From a virus (taxonomy: Duplodnaviria > Heunggongvirae > Uroviricota > Caudoviricetes), in the IMG/VR virus record IMGVR_UViG_3300014204_013127: DNA of 17,655 nucleotides; one strand, given 5' to 3'. Below the pieces are notes generated by a model. It searched no databases, was not told the origin of the DNA, and was given only the letters and a program-made list of their open reading frames with translations. Made by a program: the position numbers and the translations under genes. Below, one piece after another: positions 8,830 to 15,522 of the stretch (its first letter is position 1; each line of letters opens with the position of its first letter).

Positions 8830-11028
8830 ATGAATTACCCGAAATTGAATGCCAGTCAGTGCGATGAGTTGGAAGCCATTATTGCTGAGTTGGATACTCG
8901 ATTTGATGACGGCGAAGATTGCCTAATCCCCGCCGATACATCGGATGATATGTTGAAACTCTTGGGGTTGGATGCTGCAACCCCCGTATCCGACCCAAAA
9001 TACGATATGCTCAAGGGCACCCTCCAGGCTAATCGTTCTGACTCCAAAATCTTCAAAACTGTTACGGCTTCAAAGCGGGTAATTTCCACAAAGAAGGTAA
9101 AACACGTCCCATTGCTGACCTCCATCGACAAAGCAAGCCATGAGGATTTGGAAATCCAAAAAGCACAACTTTGGAAGTGGATTTCAGATTGCACAGAGAA
9201 AGCCCCCAAGTCGGTTCGGGAAGGCAAGTTTTATGTTCTGGATGGAGAGAAATACAAGGGCAGCAACGTAACTTATCCCCGTGGCTATTTTTATCAGCAA
9301 TGGAAATTGGATGGAGTTTCTATTCAATTCTATTATGAGAAGGGGGAATTGGTTTCGGCTGGTTTGCGTCCACGGGATGGAGAATATGGGGAAGATGTCA
9401 CAGAGCAAGCCAAATATGTGAAGGGCATTCCCACAAAGCTCAAAGTTCCGATCACATGTGCCATTCGGGGTGAATTGATTGTTTTGACTTCCGATTTCCC
9501 CAAGGTTCAAGATTGGAAGCGACAACAGGGGGAAAAAGAATTTTCTAACCAACGATCAGCGGCAGTCGGTGGTATCCGACAATTCAATGATCCCGAGAAA
9601 ACCAAATATCATTTGGTAACTTGCATTGCTCATGGGATTACGTGGAATGATAGTTCCCCTATTCCTTACAGTACCGAAACCGAAAAGGCTATTTGGGTCA
9701 ATAAAAATCTGGGCTACGATTCAGCACATCCGAATGAGCCATGCATTCGATTTGTGCAAAGCAGAAGCTTTAATTTCTTTGATTTGGCAAAGATGGAGGC
9801 AGAAGTCCCCTCTCTGGATTATCGGGTTGACGGGATTGTGATTGGTGTAGAAAGCTTGGATGAACAGAGTCACTTGGGCACCCACGGTGATAAACCCGAT
9901 GGTAATCCACGGGGCAAGATTGCTTGGAAATTCGCTGAGGAACGTGAGCCTGCAATCATTAAAGCCATTGAGTGGAATGTGGGTCGCACTGGGGTCATTA
10001 AACCCGTTGCTATTTTTGCTCCCATTCGCTTGGCCGACACGAATGTAGCCCGTGCCACGCTCCATAATCTCGGATTTATGATTCGTAAGAAAATTGGCCT
10101 GGGCACAGAAATACTTGTCCAAAAAGCCGGGAACATTATCCCCAAGGTGGTGGGTGTCAAATCTAATTCGTGTGACCCAACCTATCCCAAAACTTGCCCA
10201 TCGTGTGGCAAGCCTACGGCCAGTATTCACACCCCCGCCAAAGGTAATAGGGAGGAAATGTGGGAACTTCGATGTGAGAATTCCGACTGTCCAGCGAAGC
10301 AATTGAGCAATTATTGTCATTGGTTTAAGGTCTTGGGTTGCCTGGGATTGGGAGAGGCAACTGTTGAAATGCTCATGTCCAGTGGTAAAATTACCACCAG
10401 AGCCGATTTTTATTCTCTTTCCGCCGCAGATTGCATGGCGGCAGGGCTTTCGGAGCGAGAATCACTGTTGACCGTGGCTGCCATTCATATGATTCACGAT
10501 CCCGAACATATTGATGATAAAGAGCTTGCGACACAAATAACAGCAGCAATTAAAACCCCCAAGAAGGTGGATGCCTGGAAGTTCTTTGCTGCCCTGGGTA
10601 TTCCCACAGCAGGGGAGGATTCGGGAAAATCTTTAATTTCTCACTTTCGGGGTATTGACAAGATACAGGCAGCTAGCGTTAATGAACTTGAGGGCACGGA
10701 TGGGGTTGGTAAAAAGACAGCCGAAATCATTTATTCTTACCTGCAATTGCATTCGCAAGAAATCAACCGGCTGCTGCAACATTTTGACTTGCAACTTCCC
10801 AAAATCGGAAAACTAACAGGCGTGACCTTCTGCCTCAGTGGTAGTTTGCCGCAAGGTAAAACATTCTGGAAAGCAAAGATCGAAGAATTGGGTGGCAAGT
10901 GTGCTGGAAGTGTATCCAAAAAAGTAAAATATCTGGTGGCTGGAGATGGTAGTGGTGATAAGTCGGCTGAGGCAACGGCGTTAGGAATTCCCATCATTGA
11001 TGTTGACACCTTGAAGAATTTGTTGTAA
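8830..11028 (+). CDS. ligA: NAD-dependent DNA ligase
   Basis: Adenylation motif KLDG, RGE, DGIV, AWKF, OB-fold VGRTG, Zn finger CPSC...CENSDC, HhH repeats and a C-terminal BRCT domain (TFCLSGSL...SVSKKVKYLVAG). Confidence 0.97.
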   Translation: MNYPKLNASQCDELEAIIAELDTRFDDGEDCLIPADTSDDMLKLLGLDAATPVSDPKYDMLKGTLQANRSDSKIFKTVTASKRVISTKKVKHVPLLTSIDKASHEDLEIQKAQLWKWISDCTEKAPKSVREGKFYVLDGEKYKGSNVTYPRGYFYQQWKLDGVSIQFYYEKGELVSAGLRPRDGEYGEDVTEQAKYVKGIPTKLKVPITCAIRGELIVLTSDFPKVQDWKRQQGEKEFSNQRSAAVGGIRQFNDPEKTKYHLVTCIAHGITWNDSSPIPYSTETEKAIWVNKNLGYDSAHPNEPCIRFVQSRSFNFFDLAKMEAEVPSLDYRVDGIVIGVESLDEQSHLGTHGDKPDGNPRGKIAWKFAEEREPAIIKAIEWNVGRTGVIKPVAIFAPIRLADTNVARATLHNLGFMIRKKIGLGTEILVQKAGNIIPKVVGVKSNSCDPTYPKTCPSCGKPTASIHTPAKGNREEMWELRCENSDCPAKQLSNYCHWFKVLGCLGLGEATVEMLMSSGKITTRADFYSLSAADCMAAGLSERESLLTVAAIHMIHDPEHIDDKELATQITAAIKTPKKVDAWKFFAALGIPTAGEDSGKSLISHFRGIDKIQAASVNELEGTDGVGKKTAEIIYSYLQLHSQEINRLLQHFDLQLPKIGKLTGVTFCLSGSLPQGKTFWKAKIEELGGKCAGSVSKKVKYLVAGDGSGDKSAEATALGIPIIDVDTLKNLL

Positions 11029-11732
11029 TGTCTATTAAATCATCAACGCAGGTTGGTCCGAAGTGCTTGTCGTGTAAGCAAGTTGGTCCGAAGTGCAAAA
11101 ACACTTTGGTCTGCGAGGGCTTTATGACAATTGCTTTGAAGAAAAAATCGTTCACTCTTCCGTCCCCTATTTCTACATCGGGACTGCAAGACGACCAAAG
11201 CACACAAGAGCTAAGGTTCGTCAAGCCAACCGTCGAGGCCAATTTGAAGCTGGCTCGCTCTTCGGCTTTAACTTTTCTCAAGTCTAATGAAGATGTAGAA
11301 AATAGCGAAGAATATTCCGATGCTTTGATGGGCTTGTGGAGAGCCGTGGAAAGCTGGACACCAGACTTAGCCCAGCAACATGAATGCACATGGTCTAGTT
11401 ATGCTATTCGCTGTATGCGAAATGCCATTCTTGATGGATATAAACAAAGAAAAATAAAATATCATGAAGAGTTGGTAGACTTCACTGAAATGCAAATTGT
11501 TGATCCACGGTCTTCAAACGCAGACTTGGTAGATGAATTGTTCACCATGCATTCTGGCGATACATTTTTTACAACAAGAGCAAAACAAATTCTTCACGAA
11601 CATTATATTGAAAGAAAAACACTGAAAGAGATTGCCAAGCAATTGGGGGTATCAAGTCCGTATATCCATCAATTGCTTCAAAAAGCAAAGCTGTTGATGC
11701 GAGAGAAGTTTGGTATTGCATTGCAGGGCTGA
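11028..11732 (+). CDS. sigma70-family RNA polymerase sigma factor (FliA/SigF-like, regions 2 and 4)
   Basis: Region 2-like ALMGLWRAVESWTP...WSSYAIRCMRNAILD and region 4 HTH TLKEIAKQLGVSSPYIHQLLQKA. The true start may be downstream (e.g. MTIALKKK). Confidence 0.8.
   Translation: MSIKSSTQVGPKCLSCKQVGPKCKNTLVCEGFMTIALKKKSFTLPSPISTSGLQDDQSTQELRFVKPTVEANLKLARSSALTFLKSNEDVENSEEYSDALMGLWRAVESWTPDLAQQHECTWSSYAIRCMRNAILDGYKQRKIKYHEELVDFTEMQIVDPRSSNADLVDELFTMHSGDTFFTTRAKQILHEHYIERKTLKEIAKQLGVSSPYIHQLLQKAKLLMREKFGIALQG
11048..11096 (+). repeat. 19-nt direct repeat, 30-nt period (QVGPKC twice)
   Basis: GCAGGTTGGTCCGAAGTGC (11048-11066) and GCAAGTTGGTCCGAAGTGC (11078-11096), one mismatch. Confidence 0.9.
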
Positions 11733-11764
11733 TTTAGTTATAGTTTTGTCATGGAGGAACAAAT

Positions 11765-12445
11765 ATGAGAATTGGTTTAGAAAAAGAATTTTTTCTTTTA
11801 ACAAAAGACGGCGAGCCTGTTTCTCTGGCTGCTGTAAATCCGACCGGGACTGGCGGGCATTCCTTACTTCGTTTACCACACGATGATTGCGGCTGGTTGG
11901 TTGAAGCAAGGGGCGAACCTTTTAGCAACCCTGTTGATGCCGTGTTTAGCTTAAAGGCAGAAATTTACAAGATTGAGCAGACGCTGGCAGAAATTAACGC
12001 CGAAACCTTCTTTGCTGGATTACCATTCAGATTGTCAGATGTGCCAATCATGAAGGTTCCTAAGACCGTAAGGTTGCAATCCGCAAGATATTTCACTAAG
12101 CCGTTGGTGAAGTATCAAAACTTTTATGGATACGAAACACACAAAAATGCAATGCTGGAAGGCACAGCGGGCGTACATGTCAGCTTCACCCAAGAGACCA
12201 GTTTTACAGAAGATGCTTGTGAGTCATGCGGACATTGCAAAGAACGTATCTACAACGTCAATTTTGATTGGCCACAAATTTTCTTGAAGTTGGATGCTGC
12301 ATTTGCCGAAGAAATCAAAGAAGCTAAGCGACGACCGGGTTTCTACGAGATCAAGCACGATGGGCGGGTGGAATATCGTTCGTTGCCCGCAGATGTGGAT
12401 ATGGAAAAGCTGATTAAAATTCTGAAAACGGTGGTTTACACTTGA
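11765..12445 (+). CDS. phiEco32-like COOH-NH2 ligase type 2 (glutamate-cysteine ligase-like fold)
   Basis: N-terminal IGLEKEFFL, DDCGWLVEARG, AGVHVSF and RRPGFYEIKHDGRVEYRSL; SD GGAGG upstream. Confidence 0.75.
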   Translation: MRIGLEKEFFLLTKDGEPVSLAAVNPTGTGGHSLLRLPHDDCGWLVEARGEPFSNPVDAVFSLKAEIYKIEQTLAEINAETFFAGLPFRLSDVPIMKVPKTVRLQSARYFTKPLVKYQNFYGYETHKNAMLEGTAGVHVSFTQETSFTEDACESCGHCKERIYNVNFDWPQIFLKLDAAFAEEIKEAKRRPGFYEIKHDGRVEYRSLPADVDMEKLIKILKTVVYT

Positions 12446-12463
12446 TTGATTCTGAAGTATAAT
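12435..12463 (+). promoter_or_regulatory. sigma70-type promoter, leaderless start
   Basis: TTTACA (12435-12440), 17 nt, TATAAT (12458-12463); ATG 6 nt later at 12470. Confidence 0.7.
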
Positions 12464-12469
12464 GGGAAC

Positions 12470-13024
12470 ATGAAACGAACATTATTGATTTTGCTGGCAA
12501 TGTCGATCTGCAATTGTGCGTCTGCTGATATCATTCCTGCTGTCGTTGATTATCAATATCATGGCGAATTGAATGGATCGATGTGGACGTGGACAAAAAT
12601 TACTGATCCTGGTTATGGAATGCCCGAGTGGTTTACAATTCCTTCCAACCAAGATAAGTGGCTTTTTATTCCGAATAACGAACAGTTGGACAGAGTAAAG
12701 CATTTGTGGTTGCAAGTAGAGTGGCAGAGTGATTCCAATGTAGTCGATCCTATTGTGTGGGTGCCTCAAGGATTTACTGTTACGGGTAGTGATTCTGTTC
12801 ATTTTGCTAATACTTATGTCTGGGAGTGGATTATCACACCCCAGTCGGGTGCAGAGATTATTCAATTCCCCAACTCGTTTTCGTGGGCTGGTGTCACTGG
12901 AATTGATGTTGCCACGGATTGTCCCGAACCATCTACTATCGTTCTGCTTGGCATTGGTGCAATTTTCCTAATTTGCAGAAACAAATCATGTGTGAACCGG
13001 CTCCTTCCTGTGGGAGCCGCATAG
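12470..13024 (+). CDS. PEP-CTERM protein-sorting domain surface protein
   Basis: Signal peptide MKRTLLILLAMSICNCASA; C-terminal CPEPSTIVLLGIGAIFLICRNK is PEP motif + TM helix + basic residues. Confidence 0.85.
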   Translation: MKRTLLILLAMSICNCASADIIPAVVDYQYHGELNGSMWTWTKITDPGYGMPEWFTIPSNQDKWLFIPNNEQLDRVKHLWLQVEWQSDSNVVDPIVWVPQGFTVTGSDSVHFANTYVWEWIITPQSGAEIIQFPNSFSWAGVTGIDVATDCPEPSTIVLLGIGAIFLICRNKSCVNRLLPVGAA

Positions 13025-13363
13025 GAGGTTTCCCTTTCTCCTTAAAAGGGGGTTACTGCTATCCCTTAAAGCGGGGTTAGTCTTTTTAACTTAAAAGGCG
13101 GTCTTCCCTCGACTATAAAGTGGGGGTTTTCATCTGGTTTTCTCCACATAAACCCGAGGCTTTTATCTGATTGCCTATAAATCAGAGGTTTCAGCAGGTG
13201 TCACCACAACACCTGGGCATTACTGGTTTCGCCTACCTAGCCAGAGGTTTTGTCAGGTGTCTCCACAACATCTGGGATTTGTCAGTTGTTCCTCAACACA
13301 CTGGGACGCATCTGGTCGTCCTAACCACCAGAGGTTTTTGCCGGATTATCCATAAAATCCGGC
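13023..13363 (+). ncRNA. array of 12 tandem H-type pseudoknot units (25-33 nt period), function unknown
   Basis: Each unit is GGN, a U-rich linker, a 5-8 bp stem arm, NCC, an A-rich linker and the complementary arm, with compensatory changes among units. See findings. Confidence 0.75.
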
Positions 13364-13373
13364 ATTTTTTTTT
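13340..13373 (+). terminator. intrinsic terminator (also the last unit of the array)
   Basis: GCCGGATT/AATCCGGC 8-bp stem, then A and T9 (13365-13373). Confidence 0.85.
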
Positions 13374-13375
13374 GG

Positions 13376-13403
13376 TTTACAAGGCAAGTTTCTGGAGTAT
13401 AAT
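13376..13403 (+). promoter_or_regulatory. sigma70-type promoter
   Basis: TTTACA (13376-13381), 16 nt, TATAAT (13398-13403); shares TTCTGRAGTATAAT with the promoters at 4069 and 12435. Confidence 0.75.
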
Positions 13404-13409
13404 GTAACA

Positions 13410-13478
13410 GGAGCCACTGACCGGATGCGGTTTAATAACATCATCTAGGCAGAAGAGGGCACGGTCAGTGGTTCTTTT
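13410..13478 (+). ncRNA. small structured RNA or structured 5' leader
   Basis: Predicted +1 near 13410; GAGCCACTGACCG (13411-13423) pairs with CGGTCAGTGGTTC (13462-13474), followed by TTTT. Confidence 0.5.
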
Positions 13479-13500
13479 GCACTCTTAAAAGGAGTAGACC

Positions 13501-14238
13501 ATGAATAAGACAATTATTTTGACATTGCTGTGCTTTTGTGGTTGTGCCCCAGACTTGCACAAGGGGGTCTATGTCAGCGACAAGCATACCATCGAAGTTG
13601 CCAGCGATGCCACTTTGCAGGTTGATGGAAAGGATTGCATTCATTATACCACGCATCCAGAACAGACTTTGAAAGCTACTGTGGATGGAGTAGAAGTCGT
13701 CTATTATGTGGAAGTGCCGAGTTCCACTAAATTTGTTTTAACAGCCAAAACAAATATCGGCCACAATGATCTTTCGGGGGTTTATATCAAGGACGATAAC
13801 AGCACAAAGCCGGTGCCAATAGATGAATTAAAACAATTAAAAATCAAAAGAAAAGTGTGTGCGGGGAAACTGGAGAAATTGGATACGGTGTTGTTGACGA
13901 TGAGTACCCAAATTGCAACTAAAACACAAAAACTAAAAAGTTTGGGCATTAAATCCTCCGCAGATATAAAAGACACCGAAACCAGACAGCTTGCTCAAGA
14001 TTTGGTCGCTATGACAAAGGATCGGGACAATCTTGACAAAGCAAAAAAAATTATTTCCACGAAGCTTGATGAAATAGACCGTGGGATAGAGCAGTTGGAA
14101 ACCAATACATCGGAGATTTCCGACAAAGAATTGGAAGAATTATTAGCGAGTATCGCTGATAAAAGGGGTGGGCAACCTAAGACGCCGGTTGAGAGCATTG
14201 AATCAAATGACATTTTGACAAAAGCCCTGGGGAAATAA
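13501..14238 (+). CDS. putative lipoprotein with C-terminal coiled coil
   Basis: MNKTIILTLLCFCGC is a signal peptide II with a lipobox-like xxGC; SD AAGGAG; helical K/E-rich C-terminal half. Confidence 0.75.
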   Translation: MNKTIILTLLCFCGCAPDLHKGVYVSDKHTIEVASDATLQVDGKDCIHYTTHPEQTLKATVDGVEVVYYVEVPSSTKFVLTAKTNIGHNDLSGVYIKDDNSTKPVPIDELKQLKIKRKVCAGKLEKLDTVLLTMSTQIATKTQKLKSLGIKSSADIKDTETRQLAQDLVAMTKDRDNLDKAKKIISTKLDEIDRGIEQLETNTSEISDKELEELLASIADKRGGQPKTPVESIESNDILTKALGK

Positions 14239-14870
14239 TGCCAACCACAATTGACGGTGTTGAATTTGGTCGTGGAGATACCGTTTGGGTTTTACGTGGA
14301 GACTGTGCTGCCATAGATAAGCAGCCAGCAAAAGCAACCGTTGAAATGCTGTTTCCCAGCCCTGACGGCATATGTAGAAAAGGAACTTTGAGGTTTGAGA
14401 ACGAGGAAAGGGAGGATTGGCGACTGAGTGTGTTTAGCACAAAAGAAGCCGCCGAGGCCGCATTGGCAGAAACGATTGTGATGTTGAAGCTGGACAAGGA
14501 CGATGCTCATTTTATTTGGCATCATCTTGCTGAGGGTTTCGCAAAAGTAAAACAAGAGTTGGAGATTTTGCGTATTACGAAAGATCGGGAGTTGACAAAA
14601 CTTGAAAAGTCGATGTTGCCCTCAACGTTGGTAAGATATTCAAGAGAGCAACTGCAAGAACAAATCGACCCGTGGATCAGCTATCTGCAACACTTCATTT
14701 GGTTGATGCGTATGATGAAGGTGGAGGACATTTCCAGAGAACAGGAAATGGTGTGGTGCTATGGAGAAAAGCGGGCACATGAGTTGATGGATGGCTTTGG
14801 GCGGGAATCTTGTTTTGGCAAACGAATTCGTGCTGAGGATGTCAAGCACATTGATGGACCATTGGGATAA
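14238..14870 (+). CDS. hypothetical protein
   Basis: 210-aa ORF with TAATG coupling. Confidence 0.7.
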   Translation: MPTTIDGVEFGRGDTVWVLRGDCAAIDKQPAKATVEMLFPSPDGICRKGTLRFENEEREDWRLSVFSTKEAAEAALAETIVMLKLDKDDAHFIWHHLAEGFAKVKQELEILRITKDRELTKLEKSMLPSTLVRYSREQLQEQIDPWISYLQHFIWLMRMMKVEDISREQEMVWCYGEKRAHELMDGFGRESCFGKRIRAEDVKHIDGPLG

Positions 14871-14876
14871 TTTGTC

Positions 14877-14975
14877 AATTTGTCAATCAACAATATGAGG
14901 GTTTTGCTACGCACGGCACGCCTCTTAACCATGTGCGGATTCTTCGGAATCAGAAGGGTTGTTGATTGACAAATT
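14877..14975. repeat. perfect 17-bp inverted repeat enclosing a 65-nt structured core
   Basis: AATTTGTCAATCAACAA (14877-14893) and its exact reverse complement TTGTTGATTGACAAATT (14959-14975); internal GATTC-TTCG-GAATC hairpin. Confidence 0.85.
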
Positions 14976-15117
14976 TAATGGAAGAGCAAGCTGGCAACCT
15001 CCGAGAAACGGCGACAGCAAACCCCGATAAGCTAATGTCTCCATTGGAGCGGGAATAGTGGCAAGGCGACTCGGAGCCATTTTTGGTTTACGCCGAAAAA
15101 AATCCGAAAAATAGGGA

Positions 15118-15145
15118 TTGACAGAAAAAAATTTCAAGCTATACT
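15118..15145 (+). promoter_or_regulatory. strong sigma70-type promoter of the tRNA region
   Basis: TTGACA (15118-15123), 16 nt, TATACT (15140-15145), 17 nt before the first tRNA-like gene. Confidence 0.8.
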
Positions 15146-15162
15146 CATATATATGAACATGA

Positions 15163-15235
15163 CGCAGGGGGTAGGTACGGTTATCTTATTTGGCTCATAA
15201 CCAAATGAAAGCGGGATCATCCCCCGCCCCTGCCA
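15163..15235 (+). tRNA. atypical tRNA with CAT anticodon (Met/fMet/Ile2-like, degenerate)
   Basis: 73-nt cloverleaf: acceptor (C)GCAGGG/CCCTGC(C), anticodon arm TTTGG-CTCATAA-CCAAA, T stem GCGGG/CCCGC. T loop is ATCATCC and position 8 is G. Confidence 0.6.
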
Positions 15236-15255
15236 CTTAATTTTTGAAAACATGA

Positions 15256-15329
15256 TGCGGGGTGGAGCAGTCTGGTAGCTCGCAAGGCTCATAACCTTGA
15301 GGCCGTAGGTTCAAATCCTACTCCCGCCA
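15256..15329 (+). tRNA. tRNA-fMet (CAT), initiator
   Basis: Canonical cloverleaf, U1xC72 mismatch, A11:U24, CAAGG-CTCATAA-CCTTG, TTCAAAT T loop; no encoded CCA. Confidence 0.95.
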
Positions 15330-15346
15330 CTGAAGGAAAAAGAATA

Positions 15347-15415
15347 ATGTCGAAGCAACAAAAACAACAGAAACAAAAGTGGCAGCATTGCTGCATTACT
15401 GGCGATCTGTTCTGA
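15347..15415 (+). CDS. putative attenuator leader peptide MSKQQKQQKQKWQHCCITGDLF
   Basis: AAGGA at 15333-15337, ATG 15347, nine consecutive Lys/Gln codons, TGA 15413-15415. Below the size cut-off of the ORF track. Confidence 0.7.
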   Translation: MSKQQKQQKQKWQHCCITGDLF

Positions 15416-15501
15416 GTTGCACCGTGGCTCAGGACAAATGCCTGAGCCGGGTTGGTATTGAAAAGCCCCGTTCAGGTAAAAAACTGGACAGGGCTTTTTT
15501 T
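15412..15501 (+). promoter_or_regulatory. transcription attenuator (mutually exclusive hairpins)
   Basis: Segments 15412-15420, 15424-15433, 15441-15452, 15461-15476 and 15484-15498 give alternative pairings 0:1 + 2:3 versus 1:2 + 3:4. Confidence 0.7.
15461..15501 (+). terminator. intrinsic terminator (3:4 hairpin)
   Basis: AAAAGCCC-C-GTTCAG / CTGGAC-A-GGGCTTTT, ending in T7 (15495-15501). Confidence 0.85.
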
Positions 15502-15522
15502 ATTGGCTTTAGGAGCATTATG

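Noticed and set aside
13023-13363. CRISPR array
   Set aside because: No constant repeat alternating with unique spacers; variation is compensatory within stems; no cas genes in the window.
13023-13363. Minus-strand CsrB/RsmZ-like sRNA (GGA in hairpin loops on the reverse strand)
   Set aside because: Several G.U pairs on the + strand would become A.C mismatches, the terminator is oriented for +, and no minus-strand promoter is evident.
13171-13407. 78-aa ORF in the repeat array
   Set aside because: Non-ATG start, runs through a terminator and a promoter, no protein-like features; a by-product of the repeats.
14966-14995. TTGACA within the inverted-repeat arms as promoters
   Set aside because: No -10 hexamer at 16-18 nt on either strand.
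14980-15030. SAM-I riboswitch (AAGAG...GGCAACC)
   Set aside because: The conserved AUC/GAU P1 elements, kink-turn GA pairs and GGUGC motif are missing.
15379-15522. N-terminal 48 codons of the listed 236-aa ORF
   Set aside because: They cross the attenuator and terminator, and a clear SD sits before ATG 15523.
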